Source: Elsinoe ampelina (taxonomy: Eukaryota). From it: a stretch of DNA of 64,000 bases. Below the pieces are notes generated by a model that saw nothing but the letters and a program-made list of their open reading frames with translations, was not told the DNA's origin and did no database searches. Each line of letters begins with the position of its first letter. Positions within the stretch are counted from its first letter, which is position 1. The position numbers were made by a program, and so were the translations under genes. Below, piece after piece: positions 11,301-23,400 of the stretch. The stretch lies in assembly GCA_010093995.1 (NCBI GenBank), contig ML992513.1, forward strand, positions 431,203 through 495,202, given 5' to 3'.

Positions 11301-13766
11301 CTCAAACCAATTGCTTGAAGCCCAGTGCAAGAAAGGACGATCGACGTCATTCTGTTGTGCGATGTCTGTGGACTCGAGATCGAGCAGATACGTCAGACAT
11401 GTACCGACCAGGACGCCTTTCATGGTTGCTTTGTCAAATCCTACCAGGTCCTCTGCGTTACCTCGGTCGAAGAACTCCTTGATTGAGAGATGACCGAGCC
11501 GGATTGTTCGCTTGTCTGATGTGTGGTCTTTGATTACTGTCAAGAGGGCGGGACACATACTTTCGATGTCCGCATCTAGGAGTCTATCGTCGATATGGAA
11601 TCTCCGGCGATTATTTTGGTCCGTACAATGAGTAGCCAGAGCATCCCTGGCTTCATCAAAGGACATAGCCTTTCCGAAAGCGGCTAGAAGCTGGACAAGT
11701 TTGATCTCACGCGGAGAAGTCATCCGCTCCAATACACGTCGGTACAATTGAATCAGATCAAGCGGTACGGATCCGAGCTCTTTCTGTAGCTCTCGAACTG
11801 TGCGGCACTTCTCCAGTATCTTCAGATAGCTGACCACCCATTGGAACCTGTACTAGATCAGACATCGGTTTGAGTCATGGTACGTTTGTCGATCCATACA
11901 TATCTTCTGGGCCATTCTGTATGACTTCGACAATGAGTTGGAGATTCTCTTCGTTCCAGAGAGTATCATTGTTCCGACTCGAGAGTTGTTGCTCGCACCA
12001 CGTAGTCAGGAGAGACGACAGATCCGGTAGAAGCAATTTGGCTTTCATTTGTAATGTCTCGAACTCATCAACAACGTGCGTGAATGCTCTGGTTGCTTCA
12101 TATGGATCTCTACAAGTGACCAGGAGGTGCGCCCGAGGTTTTCGATGGGCAATGAATCCAGAAATCCACTGATCGATCTGATGCCTGGGGTCTTCGCTCG
12201 TCTCGTCAAGTGCGTCCAGAATGATGAAGACTTCCTCCGAAGACTCAAGCAGGTCATCAAGCAGTTTCACCAATGTGATGGTACTCGGCCGACGTATGCC
12301 TTCTGCATGCTGGCTATAAGCCTCGTGGACACTTGCAGGCGACTTGGTTGTCAGCGTGAAGAGCTGTGCACATAGGGATCGAAGCACATCGGAATACGCC
12401 CCTCTCTCAGATGCATCGCCGTGTCTGAAGTAGTGGTAGACAACTCTATTGCCTGTGCATGCTAGGTGATTGGTAATGTAGGAGACCAGTGTCGTCTTAC
12501 CACTACCGAGCCTACCAGAAAGCCATAGGAATGATCCTTGGGTCGTGATCCAACTGATGTAGCTTTCATGGTTGAAAATCCACTCGCCGGTACCAGGGTG
12601 GTGGGTCTCCAGTGCGTTGTTGTGGATGCCAGATGTATCAGAAGGGCACAGCCAGTCCAGGATACTCTTGCTTTCGTATTTCCGCTGACCAATTGCGACG
12701 GAGACTTTCAGCTCCTGCACGTGTGTAGACAGATCTTGCAGATCTATTTGCGAGTCAGCCACTGGAATTCATCGTAGGGTCGGGTGAAGCCCCAACCTGA
12801 CTGATATTGCTTCACAGAGTCGATAGGGAGCTTTCTGAGGACCTCACGAGCAAATGCGGCAGCATTGATGGAGGCAAATCCCTGCCATCGATCGTTTTTG
12901 TGCGAGTCGCAGTAATCAGATATACCCCTTACCACGAGACACTCAATGGACGTCAGTGCACCAGCAGCTTCCATTTCGAAACAGATGATGCCGTCGTTTC
13001 TGGACAGCGTGTCTCTCAGATAAGCGTCCTTGATCACCGCATTGCCAGTAGCTATGGTCCCCATGTGCAACACGAAAGCTCCGGAGGATCCAGCAGTTTT
13101 CGGGCGAGGTACATAAGTGCTGAGATCACAGCCCGCATCTTCGCACTCAAGCTGTTCCTTGACGTGTTGCACATTTGAAGGGAATAACCTGTCTTCATAG
13201 CCTCCGGGATATTCGAATTGCTTCCTGGCCTGGGGGTTGGGGATCTTCTTCACCAGCTTCACATTGTCAAGCAATGCATCTGGCCCTTCCCACTCAAGCA
13301 TCTCCTCGACTTTGTTGGCGGCATTCGTCAGTATCCTCGGGGGTGCAGGGATATAGCCGGTACGCTCGAACAGACCACGTTTAGCTTTGCCACTGTCGTA
13401 CTGGATGCATCCCGAGTGCGAACCAGTAGGTTTGCCGACCACAACATGTCCAAGCCGAATCTCCCCATTGCTTGTTATGGTTGGCACTCCGCCTCCAATG
13501 CCGACCAGCAAAGCGAATTTCAAATTTGGGAATGTCCTTCTCATGTGCGTCACTGAGCTTGCTGTAATTGTGTTGCCAGTCGTGGAGAGACGACACAGCA
13601 CGACATTATGCTTGTGGATCTCCCCAAGCTCGTAGACATTATGGTCTGATTCTGGTTGAGCAAATCCCTCGTGCAGCTCATCAAGCATGCATTTTGCAGC
13701 AAGATACTCGACCTTGAGAGGACACACCCACCCAATTTGGTAGTCCTCGGGACGCAGTTGCTTCAT
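8313..13766 (-). CDS. NLR-like protein: PNP_UDP (nucleoside phosphorylase-like) - NACHT - ankyrin repeats, ~1782 aa, 3 exons
   Basis: Three track ORFs join in frame via introns 12744-12796 and 11848-11899 (GT...branch-like CTGAC/CTGAT...AG). PNP motifs LVGIGGG, FEMEAAG, RGISDYCDSHKN; Walker A GRLGSGKT; Walker B FIILDALDE; MFQWV across the junction; many ankyrin repeats (TPLCAAA, GDTPLDVA). Confidence 0.93.
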
Positions 13767-14012
13767 GTTGGATCATCTCGGGTTTGGTCGCAAGGACACA
13801 TGTCCCGAGGTGTCGTTGAAACGGATTTGACGGGTCTTTACCAAAGGTGATAGCCAGTTGTAGGAATGACAAGTTCGTAGAAATTGGTGAGCTGCGGCTG
13901 AGAGCCATAGCCACGACCCGTCATGCCCGTGACTGTGCCGCATTCGACCTGCTGGCGAATCAGATGGCGTGTCGATCTGGCCAATGAGAATATTGGCTTG
14001 TCACAGTTGCCA

Positions 14013-15662
14013 CCTCCGAGAGTGCGAGTTTCTTCGGTCTTGGCGTTGTTTACCTCCTTATCCACTCCATCACACGTAACTCTATATAGTTATTACTCCA
14101 TCAATAACGTGTTATTGAAGCTTAAACGATTATAGGACGTGGCAAAGACCTCCCTTTATAGCTCTATTAAACTATAATTGCTTATTACTTTAATCTTAGC
14201 CTCTCTATCTTAGAGGTAGAGAAGCTCCTCGGAATCTATAAGAACATCCTCTAAAGCCTATTCTCTAAGGTTTTAAAGGCTGCTAAGAGTAGTAAATTAC
14301 ATAAATTAATAGAGTATATAAAGAATAAAGACCTATAAGGCCTAAAACTGCTTATTACACTAGGCTTGGCTAAGTCTTTTATAGTTTAAAATACTATCTA
14401 GCTAAATAGCAGCTAGGATCTAGTCATCTCCACTAACTAGACAAATAAGCATAAAGCACTCTAAGAACTCAATATAAACATTCTAAAGCTTTATAAGAAG
14501 TAGGTCTTTAATATTAAAGACTATCTAGATTATTACGCTAGCGACCTAGAGAGTAATAAGTCTATTAGTTGCAATTATAAGATTAGGAAGTCTAGTTAGT
14601 ATTCTCTAGAGTATTAACTCGAATATACTAAGGACAGTAGTAAGCTTTATAGATATATTAAAGAATAAGCTATTCTTATTATCTATAATAAAAAGAAGTA
14701 GACCTTTAGTGGCATAGCTAATAAACAAGTCTCTATACCTTAAGAAGTAACTCTAATTAGAATAGAGATCTTACTAAACTTTATGCGTAAGTAATAGACT
14801 ACTATAAGTACTTAAAATTGCTCTATACTATAGCCTTATATTGTGTAGAACTTTAACAATGTTAAGCAGTATAATCTAAAGAGCAAACTAGCCGTTATTA
14901 ATGCTATAAACCGCCGGCTTATAGATAAGAAGCGCTAGCGAGCTATCTATAATAAGGACTTAGAGGAGTACTAGTAGCTAGAGGCTCTTTAACGCTATAT
15001 CTATAAAGTTAATAAGAGTAATACTAAATCTAGTTTTAAGTACAAGACTTATAAGAAGGAGCTAGAATAGCTATTTAAATACAACAACTTTAAGGCTAAA
15101 GCACGTAAACTTAATAGCCTCTAGTATGCCTTTAAAGTCTATAATAAGCTACTCTTTCCTTATATAGAGTAGCTTAAAGGCTCTAACTCTAGCTGCCGCG
15201 TAGTAGTAATTAAAGACAATAGCACTATTTATTATAAGACTCGAAAGATTATAGCCTACTACATTAAGGAGCTTAGTATTAAATTTAGTAGTTATCTAGC
15301 CTTTTTACTAGATTTAAATCCTTGTAAAACACTCTACTATAAATAAAAGAAGCTTCTTAAAGCCTTTATGTTTGTAGTTCGTAATTAGAAGAAGGCTATA
15401 AGGTTAGAGGCTAATATAAGACTTAAGGCTGTCTAGGAAGTAAAGGAGTTTAACTAAAAGGTGAGGAAGTACTATAGTTTAGCAGCTTTTAAGAAGCTAA
15501 GAAAGAAGTATAGAGATGTATAAGGTTACAACAATTACTCTAAATAAGAATAACACCTTCAAGTTCAAAATTGATAGAATAATCAAGCCTTAAAGTAATG
15601 AGATAGTTAGTGATACAACTCCATGAAGCCGCCAAGACCGAAGAAACTCGCACTCTCGGAGG
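14013..15662 (+). mobile_element. Tc1/mariner-superfamily DNA transposon (1650 bp), RIP-inactivated
   Basis: Perfect 33-bp TIRs CCTCCGAGAGTGCGAGTTTCTTCGGTCTTGGCG (14013-14045 and 15630-15662); AT-rich RIP-type interior; flanked by CA on both sides. Confidence 0.92.
14132..15547 (+). pseudogene. Tc1-like DDE transposase relic (DD36E after de-RIP)
   Basis: N-terminal HTH-like (M>I)GRGKDLP...; VVVIKDNSTIY (EDN..VH) and YLAFLLDLNPCK (PAFSPDLNPCE) motifs; 36 codons between the second Asp and the inferred Glu. Confidence 0.85.
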
Positions 15663-16069
15663 CATATCGAGAGTACTCGTTAGAAGAGCCTCTGGGAGGA
15701 CGGCAAGAGATACTACATCGGACCGAGATTGATGTATAGGCACCTGAAACAAGCCTTTTGTCGCAGCATTGATGGTCATCATGCCCACGAGATCACGATG
15801 TAGATGCAAAATGGTGCCAAAGACAGCAGACCTCGGTGTTTCTGAGCCGTCCCGTGGCGTGGGGAACGGCAGCTTTCCTTCGATTTCACACCACACTGAA
15901 TGGCGGGGTAGATCCCTGTATAATTTCCTTATATTGCGCACAAAACTAGTCATGCCTCGGCACCGACACTAACATGTATATAGCAGGTTAGCTGCTTCGA
16001 AGGTAAGCGGGCTTTCCTCTATGTCACTGCTCTCTCATCGCCTTCTTCCTTCGCCACTCCTACCTGATC

Positions 16070-16986
16070 ATGAAGGTCACTTCTATCATTCTCACAGCTT
16101 TCGCTGTTGGCATCAATGCCCAGCGTAACATCACTCAGCCAGCAGGTTGTCCTGCCCTTCCCATCTCCAGCTTGGGTAATCCAATTCCCATCAAGCCGGA
16201 GAACATTCCCCGAGGATGCCGCGACTTTGAGATCCTCTTTGGTACGTCCACTTACCACTTGCAGTCTCTGCCACTATACCTCCCTTGCTACCGTGCCATC
16301 TCATCGCTCTTCCATCATCCTTCTTCTATGTTCACCTCAATCTCCTGCCCCACCATCTCCACAGTCTACTCCATCGCTCTCGTTCCCCCCCATCTCTCCC
16401 CCGCCCTCCATCCCCAACCTCAACGACTGACCACCTTCTAGCGCGCGGCACCTCCGAACCCGATTTCGCTCCCGACGGCCGCTACGGCGTCGTAGTAGGC
16501 GACCCAATCTACTCCAACCTCACGCGCGTCTTCCGCGACGTGCAAGGCTACCCCGTACAATACCCCGCCAGCTCCGCCAACGACTCGGCCCTCATGGGCG
16601 CGACCGACGTCATCCGGCGCCTCAACGCCCAATCCCGCGCCTGTCCCCGCCAACGCTTCGCCCTCGTCGGATACTCCCAAGGCGCAGGCGTCATCCGCCT
16701 CGCAGCCAACGCATTGAACGACACACGCATCGAGAACAAGATCGTGGCGTTTGTCGGGGTGGGGGATCCGGCGCGGCGGAGTGGGAGGGAACTGTTGTTG
16801 CCGCCTGCTGTGGGGAGGAGGCAGTATCAGATTTGTGCGGGGACGGGGACGCCGGACTCGGATCCCGTGTGTGATGGGTTTGGCAGGGGTTGTTTCTTTT
16901 TTCATTTGACGTATATTCAGCCGGCGAATGTGAAGTTGGCGGTGGACTTTTTGGTGCAGCAGTTTAGGGGGGCGGAGAGGAGGTAG
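16070..16986 (+). CDS. Secreted cutinase / CE5-family esterase (2 exons)
   Basis: Signal peptide MKVTSIILTAFAVGINA; intron 16242-16441 restores LFARGTSEP; nucleophile motif GYSQG, GDP, DPVC and a His in FHLTY. Confidence 0.9.
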
Positions 16987-17343
16987 AGAGGGGGGATGAG
17001 GTGATGGAAAGGGTGTTGTTGGAAATAGATGTGTGATCGTAGGGAGATCGGAAAAGATCTGGTTAAGTCTTTCTTACCTGTTTTGCGCCTCTCTGTCGTC
17101 CACCCTGCGATATGAAGCTGCCCGCACCAGCTCAATCGGACCCACGACCCGTCATGAATTGTCTGCTGGTAGCTTGCATACAGCCAAATGTTTTGCAATT
17201 GCCCAGTGAACTACTACACCGGTCTAGCCAGACCATTCCGCCCGAAAAAGCAGTCACTCACAGAACGCCATGCCAAATGCTTAAACGAGAGGACCCGTTC
17301 CCGGCGGACTACTGAGCTATGACTTCCAACGATCAGTCATCAC

Positions 17344-18193
17344 TCAGAAGAGATCTTGGATATGCTCAGCCAATCCCTCCAGGTCGGGACAGTCCTCGTC
17401 GTCATCCCTCACCATCAACCCCCGTCGACCAAACGAAGCCAATGGGGCATCACGACGAGCGACCGGTCTACGCCAGTAGTCTTCGTTGGGATTCTCGCCA
17501 TCTATGTCTATAGCGATCACCTATCGCCATAGTCAGCAAATGACAATGGGCCAACTCGCAGAGCGCGCAAGATCTGTACTCACATGGTTGATTTGGCCGC
17601 CCTTGTTGTCCGTCTTCTGGACAGCGGGGAATTCGACCTTCCCCCAGATCTTGTCCATGGGGACGTTCTGCGGGTCGGGAGCCATGACTTTCGCGTCTCC
17701 GTCGCAGAGCTCGGCGAATGCCTGCGACATGTGAGTGATGTACTCGTCGACCTGATCGCCGTCTTTTGCAATCTCGCACATGAGATCGTCGTCTTGCTCC
17801 TCGGATTTGAACTTGTACTTGTCGTCCAGGAGACCTTCCGTCTGTCAAGGATTAGTCATGGGCTCGCTGGGGGTAGGGTTGCGGTGTGCTAATGCTCACG
17901 AAGACGACGGTGAGACCCTTGTCCTTGGCGTATTTCTCGGCTTCTTTAAAGGTTCCGCCTCTGTAGAATAGACATGTACCCGTCTCTGGCTTTTTCATAT
18001 TTTCGAGGAACCACTGTTACAAAGGTCAGCGCGGCCCGTTAGGTCATTTGCTCTGAGAGCAGTAGTGAGCACTCACGTCGACGGTGAATATGTCAATCTT
18101 GTAAGGATCGTCACGCTTGGCGAGGCGAAATGGGTTGGCGCTGACCAGATGCGCTCCGGTAAGAGAGAGGAGAATAAAGTTCTGGTAGAACAT
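17344..18193 (-). CDS. Secreted 221-aa protein with ADP-ribosyl cyclase (CD38-like/Tox-ARC)-like motifs, 4 exons
   Basis: Exons 18193-18077, 18013-17900, 17841-17584 and 17520-17344, all phase-0 GTGAG...AG introns, give an open frame. Signal peptide plus KR Kex2 site; motifs CLFYRG, SQAFAELCDGDAKVM, IWGKVEFP. The gene model is solid; the family call is inference. Confidence 0.75.
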
Positions 18194-18971
18194 CTCGCTG
18201 CGTGGGATTGTGTTTGTTGAAGAGATGAAAGTATACTACCATCCTAGAACCGCAGCATGATGCGATCTTTTATGCCTTGAGTACTATCGAGAGACATACC
18301 GACTTGTGTCCTCAACATGAGAAGGATAACCCTCCTCACCGGATGATATGGGACACGTGGATTTAACAATACAGCTCTTCGCATTCTCAGTGCTAAATGC
18401 AAGGGTGACATTGTGCCCTTGTTGTAGCAAGCATGACCAATACCCCAAAGTGAGAATCAAGTAGTCCATAATTAGGACGTTGGGGATCAGGCAAGGATGC
18501 CAAGTAGGCCCCTTCGTTGACCGGTCGTCCAAGTCGGAGTTTGCTTGAGAATAGGCAACGTTGAAGTCAGCGACGACTCGTCACTTTAGTGCTTCTGCGT
18601 AGCTGAGCTATTGCGGTGTTCCCCGCGATGAAAGCGGTGTTTCATATGCCCGCCCTTATAGCTGAAAGTAGGCAGTGGTGGCGCAAGCTGAGCAGCTGAT
18701 GTAGATCACTTCCCAAAGAGTACCAGAGGTGCACAAGGATTGTGCGACTCACCTAAATGGTCCAGAACAATGGGAGCCCGAGACGTGTTCATACCGGAAG
18801 AGCTGAGAATATTCAGGCAAACGCTTCACTTCAGATATGTACATGTACAAATGCAGTCCAGAGTTGTAGAGTCGCTGATCTCAGCTTCAAACGCAGTCTC
18901 GCTTGCACCTTCCTTTCGGGTTCTATCGATTAGCGTGTTGCATGTCTTTGCCGTCGCGCCGCACGTTGAAC

Positions 18972-19962
18972 ATGGCGCACCTCAACACGTACCTGACAGA
19001 GGAAGCCATTGAATCCTGGTTGTCGCAGCTGAGCCATGACGAATCGCATGGAGGTCCCGATTTGCCTGCACGTCAGAGCAACCCGTCAGCGGCAAGTCTT
19101 CATAGACTCACATCATCCGCAAGGACCAGTTCGAAACAAGGTATTTAACCAGTTCCGGCCGCGTGGTCGCTTGCTAAGTCCCATAGATCTAGCAACGTAT
19201 GCAGAGCTTCTCCGAGATTGCGCGGACAGCCAGAATTCTTCTGCTGTTGCGGAGCGCATCATCAGTTGGGCTGGATCGGGCAGCATACCGGGATCTCTTC
19301 AACCTCTAGCCTGCCTGAGCGCTCAAACTGGCTCAACAGAAGCTCTTAGAGCTTGCCTCGATGCTGGGGCGGAAATAGATGATCTAGTCGACAAGGCGGC
19401 TTTCATCGGCCTCACCACGGTGCCAATGCTGGAGACTCTACGGTCCTACAATTGGCGTGACATCCAATCTCCTGAAGGCGCAACCAGGCTCCTCACAGTC
19501 TGCACAACCAAGCCCATAGAGATCATGCGGGCATTGATCGAGTCGGGTGCTCGAGCTTCGAAGTGGAACCTCAATGCCGCCATGACATCGAAGCAGCCAG
19601 TCGAGAAGATCCTTCTACTGCTACACGAGGGCGGAGCCAAAGAGAGTCTCAAGGAACCAGGTGTCCTACAGCTTGCGGCGAGGTACGGTCGTGCCGACCT
19701 TGTCGATGTGATCCTCGACGCCGGGGCAGAGATCGATGCAGTCCCTGCCCAAGGTGACTTCCGAGAGCCCGGGCCGCATCAGGCATTGTATGAAGCAGTC
19801 AAGCATGGGCATGTGGAGGTGGCGAAGTTCCTGATGGAAAGAGGTTCGGATCCGGATGTCGATAATGGGAAGTTCTATCTTGCTGAGCTGGGTACTGCCA
19901 GGGGTCTTGCTCGGAAGAAGGGAGACCCGGAGATGATGAGGATCGTGGGGTTCGTTGCATAG
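18972..19962 (+). CDS. Ankyrin-repeat protein (probably 2 exons)
   Basis: Likely ATG 18972 and intron 19141-19186 keep the frame; ankyrin motifs VLQLAARYGRADLVDVILDAGAEID and ALYEAVKHGHVEVAKFLMERGSDPD; no signal peptide. Confidence 0.8.
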
Positions 19963-20479
19963 TGATAGTCGAAGCCTCGGATAGACTTGCGATGAACTCA
20001 ACATGCATTTTCAATAGCGATTCGTAACCTATCTTGTGATGGCCTTCGTCGTGGAGTTCAAGGAAGGGAAGGCCGTAAACAGGCTGAATCAAAAAGTAAG
20101 ACCAAGTACGCGCCAAGGCATTTCATCATGCGGCTCATCAAATCCACGTGATCGTTGGAAGTCAGCTTCGAGCCCAAAACACTAAACAGGAGACGATGGA
20201 CGGACGGACATATAGGACATGTAACGTCAGAATGCCGTCTCATTTCCCTTCCCCCTATAAAGCGCTGTATGGTATCTAGCTTACTCGCCAAAGATAGTTT
20301 TATCGCGAACAGGAAAAAGCCAGGGCTTTCAATGACCCTCTCATGTTTCCCCAACTCCATCGTCCAAAGCACATATTTCTCGTTCCAAAAAAGCGAATCG
20401 GTACACGTATAACCATGTCGCTCTTCCTCATTCATGACCGGACCTTGAACCAAAAAACCCGTGAATCGTATCATATCTC

Positions 20480-23400
20480 TCATGCCTTGATCTCTTCCAT
20501 CTTGCCCTGGAGAGTGGACGACGTCTTCTCCTCCGCAACATTGCTCGATCCACTGCCGACCTCCTTCCTGGGGACTTCTTCGATCTTGCCTAATGCGCCG
20601 GCCTGGTGGTTGGACCAACCGCCGTTGCCGAAATCGACTTCAGTGCTTTCCCTCTCGAGACCGCGGCGCCATTCCGATAGGCCACCGGCGCTGGCTGGCT
20701 GACTCGTCACGCCACCGGAAATGGGCGTCTTCTCGAAATCGAATTTGCCGCTCAGTCTATAGCGTAGACCGTCTAACTCGTCTGCGAGACTGTTCAGGGC
20801 GAGACTGTTTCTTTCACGAGGGGTGATGCTCTCCTTTCCGTCGCGGGCGGTACCGCTGGCAGAGTTGAGCGAGTTGGCGTTGCTGTTTGCACGGTCTCTC
20901 GTGCCGGTGGATGACTCCGATGGCGCGACAGATTGGCTGTAGATGCTGTCAGCACCCATGCTCTCCCCACGGTTGTGTCCGCCGACGAATTGGGCAGTGG
21001 AGGCGGCGGAGACATTGCTCTGACCACGTAGGTGGTTCGGCACGAGACCGTTTGGCTCGGCGGTTTGGCGACGATAGTTGTCCACGCTGTGCTCGACTTG
21101 ATCGAGGAGCATTTGCACCTTTGCCTCTGCATCCCGGGCACGTTCTTCCAGAGCCTTGTTCTCCTTCGTCAAACGATCAAGATCGGCGCGGCTCGCGTCG
21201 TGGCTGGTCCGGATCTTGTCGAGATCTGTCCTAGAGCTGTCACGGAGTGATGAGATGTCCTTGTCACGAGACTCAAGGTCCTTCTGTAGTGCGGTGATCT
21301 TCTGCTCCAGAGGAGCAAGAGAAGACGTAAGACTTGTCTTGGTCTCCTCGATTTCCTTGTGCAAGTTGGCACGCTCACTTTCCCACTCGGCTTGATTTGC
21401 GCGCGGCGTCGATTCAAGCTCGGCAGCACGGTCCTTCTCCTTGTTGCGAAGAGCCTCAAGCTCTTCAAGATAGTCGGCGGATTGTGTCTTGACGCGCTGT
21501 AGCTCGCTCTTCATCTTGGATAGCATCTTCTCGGTACCGCGAAGATACTTAGCAGCCGCTTGGTGATCGCTGTCCAGAGCAGTAAGCTTCTCCTCATATT
21601 CATGGCGTGTCTTCTCATCGCGGTCCTGCATCTCGTCCAGACGTTGGCGCAGATCATCAGACGCTTTGTGAGCAGCGTCAAGCTGGTGCTCCAATTCACG
21701 GAGTCGAGGAGTGTCTGGTGTAGCAGCACCGTGACGATTGAGTGATGAAGGCGAATCGACAAGGCGATTCTTGCGCAGCTCGCTAGGGTTGATCCCGCGC
21801 TCGGTAAGGATATCCTTGAGAGCGCTGTGTTGTACGTGTATCGCATTCGCTTCGAGTTGGTGCGACTGCAGTTGTTGCTGAAGACGAGCCTTCTCCTCTG
21901 ATAGAGCACGCACCTCCTTCATGGCATGTTGCATTTGCTTGCGGATGCTGAGGCCCTCGCGGCTGGTCTGCTCCTGGTAGGCCTCGAGTCCGGCGATGCG
22001 TTCTTCGGCACGGCGTAGTTTCTCGGCAGCCGTGTCGGCCGCTGCCTGATTTTTGCGGACCATAGCGTTGGCTGTTTCGACTTGCTGCTGCAGAATCTTC
22101 ACGCGCTCATCGTTCAAGCCGCGGTCACTTTCGGTCGTCGCCCGAACCTTGCTCAGTCCTTCAATGACAGCGATACGGTGAGTCTTTGCCTCGTGTGCGT
22201 GCTTCTCAGCAAGTTCCTCGGCATCGCGGAGCTGTCGAGATGTTTGCTCGAGCTCAGCTGTCCGTTCCTCGTGTTGAGACTTTAGCTGAGTGAGCTTGGA
22301 CTCAATCTGACTTCTGAATCCACGCTCCTGTTCTAGCTTCCTTTCCAGGTGTGCTGCTTTGTCGGCTGACGCATTGACAGCTTCTTGCAAGGTCGCCAAA
22401 ATACCATGGTGGTTCTTGCTTTGTGCGAGAGCATTCTCCAGCTTCGTGCTCATCTCGTTCTTGTCGACTGAAAGAAGCTTGTGTGCAGAGCTAGCCTCTG
22501 CTGCATTGGCAGCTTCTTCTCGAGCGATGCGTTGTGCCTCGTGTAGCTCGGCGCGTAGAGATTCGAGCTCGCCAGCTGTCCGTTGACGCTCCCGTTCCAA
22601 ATCAGAGAAGCGCTTATGAGCTGTTTCCGCCCCTTCCTCGGCGATTTGACGAGCCCGCTTCTCTGAGTCGCGTTCTCTTGTGATTGAGTCTAGTTTCTTG
22701 TTCAGCTCAGCCTGAGACGCAATTGTCAACGCAAGTCGCCTATTCAATTCGTTACTGCGGTCGTTATCGCCGTTATTGTCGTAGCCGCCGTCGGAATTGT
22801 TGCCACCTTGCGCAGCCAGTCTCGCTTTTGCAAACGTCGCCTCATTGACAGCCATGTCACGTTGACGTTCCATCTGAGCTATCCGCTCGGCAGTTGTTTG
22901 CGCTTTTGCTTCCATGGCAGATGACATCTTGACAAGTTCTTGACGCATCTTCAGCAAGGCTTCGATGAGAGGTTTCTCTTCGTCGCCAACACTGTTAGAC
23001 CGGCTCTCATCCATGGCAGTCGCATTCGTCGAAGGCGTGTAGCCAGCTTTTCGTGCAAGGGCAAGCTCGGAAGTCATCCAGGCATTCTTGCTCTTCTCGG
23101 CCTCTAGCTGCTTCAACAAGCTGTCATTCTGGCTGAGAGAGGGAGATGATCCAAGTCCACTGTCGACTTGCTCAAGAGGTCGTTTCTCGACGACTTCACC
23201 ATCTCTCGACTCTGCCCTGCGACCATTGGGTGTGCTTCGGTCTAGCGAAGGACGGGGTGTCTCTTGATCTGCCTGTGGGTATCGCTTTTGCCGCGATGAC
23301 GTTCTTGGTGGTGGCTGTTCAGTAGAGTCCGTGGAGGACTTCTGCATATGCTGAGGAATCAGTGGCTTCTGCACTGGGGGAGACTCCGTTCTGGATTGGT

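Noticed and set aside
8313..13766. Three separate genes or a frameshifted pseudogene; highly conserved internal ankyrin repeats
   Set aside because: Two canonical introns join the ORFs in frame; the ankyrin units are divergent, not near-identical tandem repeats.
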